Shown: positions 10,181-20,757, counted from the stretch's first letter. The stretch is DNA of 64,000 nucleotides from Clostridiales bacterium (GCA_022791195.1 JAAVYP010000004.1:5087-69086), one strand, 5' to 3'. Made by a program: numbers and translations. Notes: generated by a model from the letters alone, not told the origin.

Positions 10181-11467
10181 TTACGCCATTTTTTCATCCA
10201 CGCAAAGACCGCCGTAGGGACGGATCTTTAAGCACACGCACGCGCCCTCGCCAAAGCAGTCTTCCATCACCTGGCTGAAGGCAGGCACATCCTCTTCTTT
10301 GACAAAGGCCTGTATCGTGCCGGCGAAGCCGCCGCCATGCACCCGGCACGCCCCCTCTTTGCCGGCAAGGGCGGTTTCGGCCAGCACCAGCGCCAGCGAA
10401 AGGCCCTGCTCATGCACATTTTTATTTGTATATATATTTTGCAGATATTGAAAAGAAGAACGGCCGCTTTCGTTAACCTTTTTAAGGAAGGTTGCTACAT
10501 CGCCCTCTTTCAGTGCCTGTTTCTGTGCCTCAACCCGTTCATTTTCCTGTAAATAGTGCATGGCGCGCAAAATCGCCCGGTCACCGGTTCTTGTCCGCAA
10601 AGCGCCCGCCGCCTGCACAACCTGGGCGAGCGTGACTTCGCGCAGAGACTTTTTGCCGAAATAGCCGGCCACGGCCCGCATTTCTCTTGGAATATCCGCA
10701 TAATCATCGGTCAAATCTGAATGATTGCCGCCGGTGTTGACAATGCAAAGCCGATAGCCTGCGTCTTCAATCGCAAACGACAGGGGCTCGACAATCGGGT
10801 TTGCCGGATTTTCAAAATCAATGGCCACAAAGCCCCCGTAAATGCAGGCCACCTGGTCCATCAGGCCGCAGGGCTTGCCGTAAAATTCCCGCTCGGCATA
10901 CTGGGCGATCTTGGCAATTTCCACCTTGTCAACCTGGCCTTCGTTGTATAAGTAGTTTTGAATGGTACCGATCATATCTTCAAAAGCCGCCGAGGAGGAA
11001 AGCCCTGACGCCTTGAACACATTGGAGGTAGTATACGCATCGAACCCGCCGGCCTGGTAGCCGAACCGCCTGAATCCTTCACAAACCCCCGCGATCATCA
11101 GCGCACTTTTGTGATATTTTCGCTTATTTAAGTCGTTTAAATTAACAGCATCCATCTGAAAACCGCTGCTTTTTACATAGACAAAGTTGCTGTCATTTCT
11201 GGCGGCCACCGCGATAATGTCAAGATCAATCGAAGCCGCCAGCACCTTGCCGTTATTATGGTCGGTATGGTTGCCCGAAATCTCGCTGCGTCCCGACACC
11301 GAGAAAAGCCGCAAATCACGGTCTTTCTCATAAATCCGGCCAAATTCTTCAATGCATGTGAGATACCGGCTTCTTTGCCGTTCAATTTGTTCTTCGCCAT
11401 ATAGTTCGGTGAAAATACCGTCAAAATGTCCGTCTTGAATCGCTCTTGTTAGCTGTTCTGCCCTCAT
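10181..11467 (-). CDS. Galactokinase-family GHMP sugar kinase
   Basis: GRSEISGNHTDHN, GLSSSAAF, KPCGLMDQ, RVHGGGFAG. Confidence 0.9.
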   Translation of the reverse strand: MRAEQLTRAIQDGHFDGIFTELYGEEQIERQRSRYLTCIEEFGRIYEKDRDLRLFSVSGRSEISGNHTDHNNGKVLAASIDLDIIAVAARNDSNFVYVKSSGFQMDAVNLNDLNKRKYHKSALMIAGVCEGFRRFGYQAGGFDAYTTSNVFKASGLSSSAAFEDMIGTIQNYLYNEGQVDKVEIAKIAQYAEREFYGKPCGLMDQVACIYGGFVAIDFENPANPIVEPLSFAIEDAGYRLCIVNTGGNHSDLTDDYADIPREMRAVAGYFGKKSLREVTLAQVVQAAGALRTRTGDRAILRAMHYLQENERVEAQKQALKEGDVATFLKKVNESGRSSFQYLQNIYTNKNVHEQGLSLALVLAETALAGKEGACRVHGGGFAGTIQAFVKEEDVPAFSQVMEDCFGEGACVCLKIRPYGGLCVDEKMA

Positions 11468-11524
11468 GTTCGTTCTGCACCCTTCTTGTTATTTTTTGTG
11501 GTTCATGCACACTGGTTCTTTGCG

Positions 11525-13060
11525 TTAATTACCGCTGGTTTCTTCGCTCGCTTCCTCGCTTGCCTCGATCAGATCCGGAATTTCCTTCATTTTTTCCTGG
11601 TCGGAGGTAATTTCTGTCTTATCTTTCAGCGCGTTATAATCCTCGGTATAGTGATCATTGCGCAGGCCGCCATCCGCCGTTGCCTGCCAGGAGGGCAGGC
11701 CCTCGCTCTCTAAATACATCACATGGATGCCATAGGTCGTTTTCACAATGCCGGTATCGCCCGGTTTTCTGTCCTCTTCAAAGCACCAGGCGTCAAATTC
11801 ATCGGTCATGGCTCCTTTATCTACATTTTGATAAAGTCCGCCGGCGCTCTTCGAGCTTGTGTCCTCGCTGTATTCTCCGGCTAAGGCAGCAAAGGTTTCG
11901 GTTAAATCCTCGGCGGCTTTTGCCTCTTTCAAAAGCTGGTCCGCCTTTTCATAAGCCGCCTCGTCAGAGCCATACGTATCGGCATAAAGCAGAATATGGC
12001 GCACATTGACCGTTGCATATTCCTGGCGGTAAACGGGTTTCACCATGAAATAAACGGTGCAATAGCCTAAATCCTCTGATTCAATCACGGTATGCTCGCC
12101 GGCTGTGCGCGCCCCGTCAAAGAGCCAGCTGTTCGCCGCCCCCTCAGCGCTGTAAGCGGCGCCGGTGGTAAGCCGCTGTTTGACCCGCTCCTTGAGTGTT
12201 TTTTCGGTGATGGTGTCTGCCTGATCTTCTGACGGAATTTCTGTGTCGTCCGACACCACGGTATACTGTTCTCTGTCGTATTGCTCGATCAGGGCGTAAA
12301 AGGCGTCTTCATCGGTGATGGCGCCGTCCATCTCTTTTGCTTTTGCCAGCGCCGTTAGGTAAGCCGCCTCTTTTTCTTCATCGTCAGCGTCCTCGTCATA
12401 GTCCGCCTCGATCTTCAGGGAAATAAAATCTGCCTTATAAATTTCCCCTTTATTATCTTCGGCATACCGGCTGTATTCGTCTTCTGTGAACGTATATCCG
12501 TTATAAAGCTTATAAAAATACTCATTGGCCAGCATGTGAATTTCATAGCAGGCCTTGACGGTTTCTTCGGTGACGAGCTTTCCGTAATTTTTCTGCAAAA
12601 AGGCATTCAGATCCTCAAAGCCCTGCTCTTTGCCGTAGTCGGCCATTTCTTGGAGCTCATCGGCAAGCATCTGCTTGTCCTCTTCCGAAAGAGTCATGCC
12701 GTCAGCGCGCGCGCCTTCAGCCAAAGAAAGAAACATAGTCGTTGTTTCTAAGGTTTGGTCTGCGAAATAATCAAACCAGGTATAGCCTTCTTGGTCGCTC
12801 ATCGTGCAGTTTTGATTTTTAAGCGGCATATTCAAATCGATAATATACGAAATATACGCGCTGTACTGCTGGCAATAGTTAAAAAAATTAGTGGCTAAAT
12901 AATACTGGAACATATCCCCTGTGATCTCAAAATGCTCGCTTTTGACAATCACAGCGGCCGCCACATCGTCCCCATTTTTCTTGTCCTTGCAGCCAGAGAA
13001 TACACCGGCACACAAAAGTACCGCGACGAGCAGCAACGCAATTCTTTTTTTCAGTTTCAT
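11525..13060 (-). CDS. Lipoprotein peptidyl-prolyl isomerase (PrsA/parvulin-like foldase)
   Basis: Lipobox FSGC; VNVRHILL, FAALAGEYSED, GGLY, IVKTTYGIHVM. Confidence 0.88.
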   Translation of the reverse strand: MKLKKRIALLLVAVLLCAGVFSGCKDKKNGDDVAAAVIVKSEHFEITGDMFQYYLATNFFNYCQQYSAYISYIIDLNMPLKNQNCTMSDQEGYTWFDYFADQTLETTTMFLSLAEGARADGMTLSEEDKQMLADELQEMADYGKEQGFEDLNAFLQKNYGKLVTEETVKACYEIHMLANEYFYKLYNGYTFTEDEYSRYAEDNKGEIYKADFISLKIEADYDEDADDEEKEAAYLTALAKAKEMDGAITDEDAFYALIEQYDREQYTVVSDDTEIPSEDQADTITEKTLKERVKQRLTTGAAYSAEGAANSWLFDGARTAGEHTVIESEDLGYCTVYFMVKPVYRQEYATVNVRHILLYADTYGSDEAAYEKADQLLKEAKAAEDLTETFAALAGEYSEDTSSKSAGGLYQNVDKGAMTDEFDAWCFEEDRKPGDTGIVKTTYGIHVMYLESEGLPSWQATADGGLRNDHYTEDYNALKDKTEITSDQEKMKEIPDLIEASEEASEETSGN

Positions 13061-13429
13061 ATTAATCTCCATTCCGCCGCCCTGCGGCACAAATCGTTAG
13101 CAGCCGTACATAAGATCGAATCGGATTTGCGCTTATGTAATCACCGCTCTCTTTCTTATTTATATACGATTGAATCCTGCCTGAATTTACGGGAAATATC
13201 CCGGGGAAAGATCCCAGCATAAAGTACAACATAAAGCACGACATAAAGTCGGAAAAAGTTTCCTTTATGATACGCAAAAAACACACATTTTTGGGTTGCC
13301 AAATGCAGATTTTTTACCGGTCTTTCTTGCTTCTCCTGTTGGGCAAAAGGCTTGATCTGACAGCATTTTTCGGTGTTTCTCTCATTATACTATATCGACT
13401 CTGCAAATGCAAGGAAAGTCCGGATTTTG

Positions 13430-15646
13430 TCAACCGATTGTCTCACTTAGCAGCGCGTCCATTCTGGCAAAGCTTTCCTTGTTTTTTTCTTTCATCGCCT
13501 GGGCCTTTTTCTGCAAGAGAGACTTATCTTCCCGCATGGCTTCGTCGGCAAAACGCTGCAGCGCCGCTTCATCGATCCCGGCGGCAGGCATCAGCTTGGG
13601 ATTGTCCAGTTCGGCAAACAGCGCGTCTACCTTGGGATCATACGACAAGCCAATAATCGGTACCCCTGCTGCGGCCGCGCAAATCAAGATATGCAGCCGC
13701 ATGCCGCAGACAAAGGCCGCCTTGGCCAGTGTTGTGTACATCTCTGAAGAAGAGAGCTGCTCAATACAAAGTCCCCCGCATTTTTCACAAACCGCCCGGC
13801 AAATGGACAAATCCTTTTCCTTCTGCATCGGCAAAAACAAGGGCACAAGACCATAAGTTTTCTTCACATAAAGACAAAAACGCACCAGCTTGTCCTGGAC
13901 TTCCCGGTCCAGCCACTTCCATGCACGCAGAGATATGGCAAAATAAGCCTGTCCCGGGGCAAGACCCGCGCCAGCCAGCCAATGCCGGCACCAGCCTTCA
14001 TCGGCCCCCTTCATGCAAAACACGGGGTCGGCCGTCACCAGCACGCCGTCCGTCCTGACGCCCAGCTCCTCTAACATTTGCAAGGAAGCACGGTCTCGCA
14101 CGACAATATCATTTACCTGGGCCAAGGCTTTGGCCGCCCGCTGTTTATCTCGTTCTGAGGCAAACGGGCCGATGCCGTTGGCAAACAGCATCGTGCGAAT
14201 GCCTGCACATTTGGCCAGCCGCAGCACCCATGTGTAATAAAGCAAAGAGCGCGAGCTGGTCACTGACTGTAACAGGCTGCCGCCGCCATAAATCAACACC
14301 TTGCCCCGGCGCAGCACATGCGCCATCATCACCGGATGGAATCGATTGATGCTGTGCACCCCAAACATCCGTCTTGTCTGCTTGGGCCGCCGGGAAAGAA
14401 CCGTGAGCCGCGCATCCGGATATTCGCCGTGAATACGCTCTAATATCACCTGCAAAAGGGCGTCGTCCCCCTTATTGCCAAAGCCATAATAACCATTCAG
14501 CAGAACCTCTCCCTGCCGATACCACGCATAGGGCTTCATGGCTTGGTAAACATCCATCGCGTCCTTGGCCATTTTATCGATTGAATAATGGGCCTCGACA
14601 ATCGAACGGTTGTACGCGCCCATACGCGCTTTTTCCTCTTCCGACAGGGCGAAGGCCTCGCGCAAAGAAGCGATCAGGGTCGGCACGTCCGCCATGGCCC
14701 GTCCGCGGCAGGTAAAGTTTGTGTCCAAAGCCTCCTGCAGAATCGTCTCGCGAAACAGGCCTAAATTTCCCTGCGAACCGGATAGGATCGTCACGCACTC
14801 GGCGCTCATGGCCTCCAGCGCCGCGCGGGAAACCCCCACAAAAATGTCCCCCCAGGCGCAAAACTGATTAATATCGGTTCTGGCCCCTGTCAGAATCAAA
14901 ACCCGCCGGCCGATTTGCTCATTGGCGGCCTCTGCTTCCTTTTTCAGTCTGGCAAAGGCGGTGCCGCCGCCCACCATCACGATTTGCATATCCGGATATT
15001 CACCCGCCAGTGCTTTGGCGGCTTCGACGAGATGAAAGCCGATATGCGCCGCTTCGTTATCAATACGCGAAACATACAAAACCCGCGGGCCGTTCTCTTT
15101 TAGGCCAAATTCACGCTTCACCCGGGAAGCATCTGTCTCTTTGCGATACCGCGCGGTGTCGATGCCGTTAATGGTAATCGAAATCGTGTCCGAGGGAACC
15201 TTGTAGTTGCGAATTAAATATTCTTTGATATCATAGCTGACCGCCAGCGTCCTCTCGCCCCAATTAGAAATGAGCTTCCAGAACAGGCTGACGTCATAGG
15301 TTCCGTGCGCGCTGGTCACAAACCGGAATTTTAAGCGCTTGGCTAACAGTCCGCATAGAAAAGCAGGGATGCGCGCATGCGCATGGACCACATCAAACCG
15401 CTCTTTTTTAATCAGCGCTTTTAGTAACCGATAGCTTTGCAGAACACAGCGCGGCTTCTTTGAATGCAGGGGAATGCGCACATGCTTCACGCCGGCTTCG
15501 GCCAATTCAGAAACATACACCCCCCCGTTTGAGGCCACGCTCACATCATATCCGTTCTTTTTCAGCGCTTTTGCCAATTCGGTGATATGCGTTTCGGCGC
15601 CGCCGATATCAAGGGCCATGGTCGTCAACAATATTTTATCCGCCAT
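13430..15646 (-). CDS. csaB: GT4 glycosyltransferase fused to polysaccharide pyruvyltransferase CsaB
   Basis: N-half GT-B (IGGAETH, DVVHAHAR, ALEAMS); C-half GYYGFGNKGDDA, GGGSLLQSVTS, GMRLH, LSYDPKV. Confidence 0.88.
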   Translation of the reverse strand: MADKILLTTMALDIGGAETHITELAKALKKNGYDVSVASNGGVYVSELAEAGVKHVRIPLHSKKPRCVLQSYRLLKALIKKERFDVVHAHARIPAFLCGLLAKRLKFRFVTSAHGTYDVSLFWKLISNWGERTLAVSYDIKEYLIRNYKVPSDTISITINGIDTARYRKETDASRVKREFGLKENGPRVLYVSRIDNEAAHIGFHLVEAAKALAGEYPDMQIVMVGGGTAFARLKKEAEAANEQIGRRVLILTGARTDINQFCAWGDIFVGVSRAALEAMSAECVTILSGSQGNLGLFRETILQEALDTNFTCRGRAMADVPTLIASLREAFALSEEEKARMGAYNRSIVEAHYSIDKMAKDAMDVYQAMKPYAWYRQGEVLLNGYYGFGNKGDDALLQVILERIHGEYPDARLTVLSRRPKQTRRMFGVHSINRFHPVMMAHVLRRGKVLIYGGGSLLQSVTSSRSLLYYTWVLRLAKCAGIRTMLFANGIGPFASERDKQRAAKALAQVNDIVVRDRASLQMLEELGVRTDGVLVTADPVFCMKGADEGWCRHWLAGAGLAPGQAYFAISLRAWKWLDREVQDKLVRFCLYVKKTYGLVPLFLPMQKEKDLSICRAVCEKCGGLCIEQLSSSEMYTTLAKAAFVCGMRLHILICAAAAGVPIIGLSYDPKVDALFAELDNPKLMPAAGIDEAALQRFADEAMREDKSLLQKKAQAMKEKNKESFARMDALLSETIG

Positions 15647-15692
15647 CCAAAATCCTCTCTAATGCCAACTCTCGTTTTTGTTGCTTCATACG

Positions 15693-15721
15693 AATCGGCG
15701 CACGAATGTGCGCCGATTTTT
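15693..15721. terminator. Hairpin after MORN gene (possible terminator)
   Basis: AATCGGCGCAC-GAAT-GTGCGCCGATT; the T-run is on the plus strand. Confidence 0.5.
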
Positions 15722-15729
15722 CAGTCGTC

Positions 15730-16734
15730 TTATTCGTCCAACACTATGGTTCCGTTTGAGAATTTGCCGGTATAGGTCCGGCCGCTGGGCCATTTATAGG
15801 TGCCCGTGCCGTTTGGCTGATCCGCGCTGAAATCGCCGGTATAGCTCTCGCCGTTTTTCCACGTATACGTGCCGGTTCCCTCTTTTTTATCATCGACAAA
15901 TTCACCGGTGTAGACATCGCCATTCGCATAGGTCATGGTGCCCATGCCGTTTTTTAAATTGCCGGAAAAATTGCCTTCATAAGAGTCTCCGCCGGCATAA
16001 GTCTGTTTGCCGGCACCCTCGCGCAGGTTGTTGACAAAGTTCCCGGTATAGCTGTCTCCGTTTGAAAAGGTCATAGTTCCCTGGCCTGAACGCACGCCGT
16101 CCTTAAAGCTGCCTTGGTAGATATCCCCGTTTTTAAAGGTATAGGTCCCCTCGCCCGAAATGACGTCGTTGACAAAGGTTCCCTCATAGACATCGCCGTC
16201 CTCAAAGACATACTTGCCCTGGCCGTGTTTCAGCATCTTTTTGGTTTCGCCCTTGTACACATCCCCGTTGGAATACGCAATTGTGTTGTTGCTGGCCCGC
16301 ACTCTGGCCGTTTTGTCTGAATACACAACCAGGCCGTTTGTCGGGTCGCCCGAGCCGTTTACCCGTCCGATATATTTCACCGTGGTCGTTTCCTCTGCCC
16401 GCACAATTTTATAGGACATATAGCGGAATCCGGCTAAGAATAAAATTAAAAACATCAAAAGCACGGCCAGCAGCGCCACAATGAATATATTGCGTAAAAT
16501 CATGCCGATGGTGCGGTGCTTCTTCGGCCTCTTGGCGGCCGCTGACGGCGTGCGCGGCCTTGCGGACGCCTGCGTGCTGCCGGCAGGTCTTGCCCCGCCC
16601 GACGCACTGCGCACCGGTCTGTGTGCGGGGCGCGGTCTTTGTTGGCCGGCGCCTTGCGGACGCTGGCCGGAAGGCGTGTTTCGGCGTGCCCCCTGATTCT
16701 GGTTTGATCTGGGTCCCCTTCCCTGATTATCCAT
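15730..16734 (-). CDS. Membrane-anchored MORN-repeat protein
   Basis: Basic disordered N-terminus, one TM helix, about 7 repeats of GDxYxGxFxxxxxxGxGxxx. Confidence 0.9.
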   Translation of the reverse strand: MDNQGRGPRSNQNQGARRNTPSGQRPQGAGQQRPRPAHRPVRSASGGARPAGSTQASARPRTPSAAAKRPKKHRTIGMILRNIFIVALLAVLLMFLILFLAGFRYMSYKIVRAEETTTVKYIGRVNGSGDPTNGLVVYSDKTARVRASNNTIAYSNGDVYKGETKKMLKHGQGKYVFEDGDVYEGTFVNDVISGEGTYTFKNGDIYQGSFKDGVRSGQGTMTFSNGDSYTGNFVNNLREGAGKQTYAGGDSYEGNFSGNLKNGMGTMTYANGDVYTGEFVDDKKEGTGTYTWKNGESYTGDFSADQPNGTGTYKWPSGRTYTGKFSNGTIVLDE

Positions 16735-16861
16735 GTTCTCTTTCCTTTCCTGCGCACAGGCTTTCACCAAATGCGCTTGTTACATGCGTTTTTCAACGGC
16801 GCTTTCCGAAATCATTCCATTCGGATTTATTTTTCCCGGGTTCGCTTCCCGCCGGTTCCGC

Positions 16862-17353
16862 TTAGCCGCTAAAAACATTTTTCAGCATTTGCAGCAATTC
16901 GGGTATCACGGCGGCCAAAATAACAGCGGCAACGGCAAACAAAACAATCGCGATGACTACCGTCACGACATTCGCGTTTTTCGCGTCATACCGCATCGAG
17001 GCCCGCAGCTTGGTTTCAGGCAAAATATAATAGCGTGCCTCCAGCATGACAATCTGCTTTTTCTTTTTCTTCGTTATCACACGGCCCGGCACAATGCCCA
17101 CATATTTATGCGCGGCCCCCCGCTCGCTTAACATAAACCGCAGCAGCCATTCGCTCTTAAACCCAAGCTCGGCCGCCCGCAGTGCCTTTTCGGGGGTGTC
17201 TGCCCCCGCCCGAATCAGCGTTCTGATCATCCGTCCCGGCCATTTCATTTGATACAGCATGCCAAGGCAGGCCGCCGCAATGCCGACCACAAAACCCATG
17301 AGCACAAAGCGCAGATTGGGCTGTGCGGTGTAGGTGAATATTTCTTGAAACAA
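16862..17353 (-). CDS. Hypothetical two-TM membrane protein
   Basis: TTG start with AAAGGTG RBS; two hydrophobic segments. Confidence 0.7.
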   Translation of the reverse strand: MFQEIFTYTAQPNLRFVLMGFVVGIAAACLGMLYQMKWPGRMIRTLIRAGADTPEKALRAAELGFKSEWLLRFMLSERGAAHKYVGIVPGRVITKKKKKQIVMLEARYYILPETKLRASMRYDAKNANVVTVVIAIVLFAVAAVILAAVIPELLQMLKNVFSG

Positions 17354-17367
17354 AGCTGCACCTTTCT

Positions 17368-18651
17368 TTATTGCGGCCGCAGTACGGTTTTTCCGCCCAT
17401 GTACGGCTGCAATGCTTCGGGAATGGTCACACTGCCATCCTCTTGATAATGATTTTCCATAAACGCAATCAGCATACGCGGCGGTGCCACACAGGTGTTG
17501 TTCAGCGTATGCGCCAGATAATTTCCGTTTTCCGATTTGACACGGATTTTAAGCCGCCTTGCCTGCGCGTCGCCCAAGTTCGAGCAGGAGCCAACCTCAA
17601 AATATTTCTTTTGCCGCGGGCTCCAGGCTTCTACATCCACACTTTTCACCTTCAAATCAGCCAAATCGCCCGAACAGCATTCTAAGGTTCTGACCGGAAT
17701 TTCCAGTGTTCTGAAAAAGGCCACGGTTGTCTGCCAAAGGGTGTCAAACCATAGGGGCGACTCTTCAGGCTTGCAGACCACGATCATTTCCTGCTTTTCA
17801 AACTGGTGAATGCGGTAAACGCCCCGTTCCTCAATCCCATGCGCGCCCTTTTCCTTGCGGAAACAGGGACTATAGGAGGTCAGCTTGCAGGGCAGCGACT
17901 GCTCGGGAATGTGGCTGTCAATAAATTTGCCGATCATCGAATGCTCTGAGGTACCGATCAGATACAGATCCTCTCCCTCAATCTTATACATCATGGCGTC
18001 CATCTCGGCAAAGCTCATTACGCCCGAAGCCACCTGGCTGCGGATCATATAAGGCGGAATGCAATAGGTAAAGCCCTTGTCGATCATAAAATCCCGGGCA
18101 TAGGACAAGATCGCGCTGTAGAGTCTGGCCACATCGCCCATCATATAATAGAAGCCGTTTCCGGCCACCCGGCCGGCGCTGTCTAAATCTAACCCGTTGA
18201 GTCTTTCCATAATCTCGGTGTGATATGGAATTTCATAGTCGGGCACAACCGGTTCGCCAAAACGCTCTCTTTCTACATTTTCCGAATCATCCTTGCCGAT
18301 CGGAACCGAAGGGTCAATGATGTTTGGAATCACACTCATGACCTTGGTCAGCGCCTCGTCCAGCTCGCGGCCGTCGGCCGTTAACTGCTCCAAACGATCA
18401 GCAAATTCAGCGACCTTTTTCTTAGTCTGCTCGGCTTCTTCTTTTTTGCCCTGGGCCATCAGCCCGCCGATTTCCTTGGAAAGAGCGTTTCGCTGGGCAC
18501 GCAGGGTCTGTTCCTCTTGTCCGGCTGCCCGCTTTTGATCGTACAGGCTGATTGCCTCATCCACAAGGGGCAGCTTCTCGTCCTGAAACTTTTTCTTTAT
18601 ATTTTCCTTTACAAGCTCGGGATTTTCCCGCAAAAATTTAATATCCAGCAT
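17368..18651 (-). CDS. serS: Serine-tRNA ligase
   Basis: MLDIKFLREN, LIGTSEH, CFRKEKG..RGVYRIHQFEKQE, HTLNNT. Confidence 0.98.
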   Translation of the reverse strand: MLDIKFLRENPELVKENIKKKFQDEKLPLVDEAISLYDQKRAAGQEEQTLRAQRNALSKEIGGLMAQGKKEEAEQTKKKVAEFADRLEQLTADGRELDEALTKVMSVIPNIIDPSVPIGKDDSENVERERFGEPVVPDYEIPYHTEIMERLNGLDLDSAGRVAGNGFYYMMGDVARLYSAILSYARDFMIDKGFTYCIPPYMIRSQVASGVMSFAEMDAMMYKIEGEDLYLIGTSEHSMIGKFIDSHIPEQSLPCKLTSYSPCFRKEKGAHGIEERGVYRIHQFEKQEMIVVCKPEESPLWFDTLWQTTVAFFRTLEIPVRTLECCSGDLADLKVKSVDVEAWSPRQKKYFEVGSCSNLGDAQARRLKIRVKSENGNYLAHTLNNTCVAPPRMLIAFMENHYQEDGSVTIPEALQPYMGGKTVLRPQ

Positions 18652-18665
18652 TTCTTACGCTTCCT

Positions 18666-19547
18666 CTATTCATCTTCTAAAATATTATGCCCGCAAATCT
18701 GTTTTAGCAGAGCTTCTAAATCATCATCATCTTCAAAAAACAATTCGATTTTCTGGCTGCGGCCGCCATAGGCTATGTTCACCCGCCGGCCAAGCATCCG
18801 CTGGGCTTTGGCCGCCAACCGGCCGACATAATCCACTTCGCCGCCCGTCGGCTCTTTCCCGACAGAAGCGACCGGCTGCTGATTTTTCTTTCGCACCAAC
18901 CCTTCCGCCTCTCGCACCGACATGTTTTTTTCCTCTATCATATCGGCGCACGCGAGCATGTCGTCGGTATTTTTCAAGCCGAGCAGGGTGCGGGCATGTC
19001 CCGCGCTGAGCTGGCCTGCGCCCACCCGCTGCAAAAGCGGTTCGGGCAGGTCTAAGAGCCGCAGCATATTGGCAATCGCCGGCCGGCTTTTGCCGATTCG
19101 CTTCGCGATGCCCTCTTGGGTCAGGCCGTATTCTTCAATCAGCGCCTTGTATCCAAGTGCTTCTTCCAGCGGGTTCAGATCCTCTCGCTGGATATTCTCT
19201 ATCAGCGCGACTTCGGCTGTCTTTTGATCGTCATAATCAGAGATAATCACCGGCACTTCGGATAGGCCCGCCATTTTCGCGGCACGCCAGCGCCGCTCTC
19301 CCGCGATGATTTCATAAAATCCGCCTGCGGCCGGCCGGACAATGATGGGTTGTATCAAGCCATGCACAGCGATCGAATCGGCCAGCGCCGAAAGTCCCTC
19401 CTGATCAAAGGTTTTGCGGGGCTGGTCGGCCCGCGGTTCAATATCAGCCAGCCGCAGCATGTTGACGCCTGAGGCCGCTTCTTCTGTATTATCGACAAAA
19501 ATTGCGTCCAGTCCGCGGCCAAGGCCGCTTGTCCTTGTCTTTGCCAT
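18666..19547 (-). CDS. parB: Chromosome partitioning CTPase ParB/Spo0J
   Basis: GLGRGLDA, GERRWRA, ENIQREDL, HTH GKSRPAIANMLRLL. Confidence 0.96.
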   Translation of the reverse strand: MAKTRTSGLGRGLDAIFVDNTEEAASGVNMLRLADIEPRADQPRKTFDQEGLSALADSIAVHGLIQPIIVRPAAGGFYEIIAGERRWRAAKMAGLSEVPVIISDYDDQKTAEVALIENIQREDLNPLEEALGYKALIEEYGLTQEGIAKRIGKSRPAIANMLRLLDLPEPLLQRVGAGQLSAGHARTLLGLKNTDDMLACADMIEEKNMSVREAEGLVRKKNQQPVASVGKEPTGGEVDYVGRLAAKAQRMLGRRVNIAYGGRSQKIELFFEDDDDLEALLKQICGHNILEDE

Positions 19548-19615
19548 ATTTTTCTCCCTGTCTTTTGCAAAGGATTCTTGTTTTCTCGCGAAAGAATCCC
19601 TCGTTTTTCATCCAT

Positions 19616-20401
19616 TTATCCGTTATTGGTGCGGTCGGCCAGCTCTTTGGCAATCGCCGCGTAGGCCTCTGCCCCTTTTGAATATTTATCGTAATATCGA
19701 ATCGGCTTGCCGTATGAAGGCGCCTCTGAAAGCCGCACATTTCTTGGCACGGGTGTTTTAAAAATCCGTTCCCGATAGTATTTCTTGATCTCTTCTAACA
19801 CTTGCAGCGAAAGATTCAGCCGGCCGTTGAACATGGTGATCAAAATTCCCGTGATATCCAACGCCGAATTGTAGTGCTTTTTCACCTGTTTAATCGTCAT
19901 GGCCAGCTGGGAAAGTCCCTCTAAGGCGAAAAATTCACACTGCATGGGAATGACCACCCCTTCGGCAGCCGCCAACGCATTGATCGTCAAAATCCCCAGC
20001 GAAGGCGGACAGTCGATGATCACGTAATCAAACGCAAACTGCGCCTCCTCTAAGGCGCGGCGAAAACGACCCTCCCGGTTATCGGCCCCCACCAGTTCAA
20101 ATTCAGCGCCGGCCAAATTCATATTGGCAGGCAGCAACCATAAATTTTGAAACGCGGTTTTGATACAGGCAGAGCTTAGCTCCACCCGTGAGATAAGCAC
20201 ATCATAGGCCGTTGCCTGCATGCCGCGCTTGTTCGCGCCCACGCCGCTGGTTGTATTCCCCTGCGGGTCCAAATCAACTAACAAAACCCGATAACCCATA
20301 AACCCAAGCTCGGCTGCTATGTTGATGGCTGACGTGGTTTTGCCAATTCCGCCTTTTTGGTTGGCAAACGCAATCACTTTCGCTTTTTTCGCCTGCTGCA
20401 T
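19616..20401 (-). CDS. parA: Chromosome partitioning ATPase ParA/Soj
   Basis: NQKGGIGKTT, DLDPQGN, IIDCPPSLG, PRNVRLSEAPS. Confidence 0.97.
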   Translation of the reverse strand: MQQAKKAKVIAFANQKGGIGKTTSAINIAAELGFMGYRVLLVDLDPQGNTTSGVGANKRGMQATAYDVLISRVELSSACIKTAFQNLWLLPANMNLAGAEFELVGADNREGRFRRALEEAQFAFDYVIIDCPPSLGILTINALAAAEGVVIPMQCEFFALEGLSQLAMTIKQVKKHYNSALDITGILITMFNGRLNLSLQVLEEIKKYYRERIFKTPVPRNVRLSEAPSYGKPIRYYDKYSKGAEAYAAIAKELADRTNNG

Positions 20402-20685
20402 GGCTCGTCCCCCTTATCTCTAAATATATATACTATTATATCTTTTGACGTACAAAAAGTCAATAAGACATTCATGATGTCAACAATATATTCCGAAGCT
20501 ACCCCCCTTGTTAAACGGGCGGGCCTTTATAAGGGGGTACGGAAAGTTGATCTTTTTAAAGGGGTGCATTCGTAACGATAAGGCTTCTTTTTTCTGCCTG
20601 TGCAGGGTTTTCCCCCCGTGCCAGCTTGCTTGCACATGCCAACTTGCTTGCCCGAGCAAGCAGGCTTGCTCGTACAGAAAGGGGA

Positions 20686-20701
20686 TGTTTCACGTGAAAC
20701 A
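20686..20701. promoter_or_regulatory. parS centromere site
   Basis: Exact consensus TGTTTCACGTGAAACA beside parAB, inside a 32-bp perfect palindrome at 20678-20709. Confidence 0.95.
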
Positions 20702-20757
20702 TCCCCTTTACCCCTTGCCTTGATCGCTGACCGCTTGTCCACATCATGCTCCCTTTT

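Noticed and set aside
18652-18665. T-box riboswitch for serS or proBAC
   Set aside because: Intergenic gaps are only about 14 and 25 bp, leaving no room for a leader
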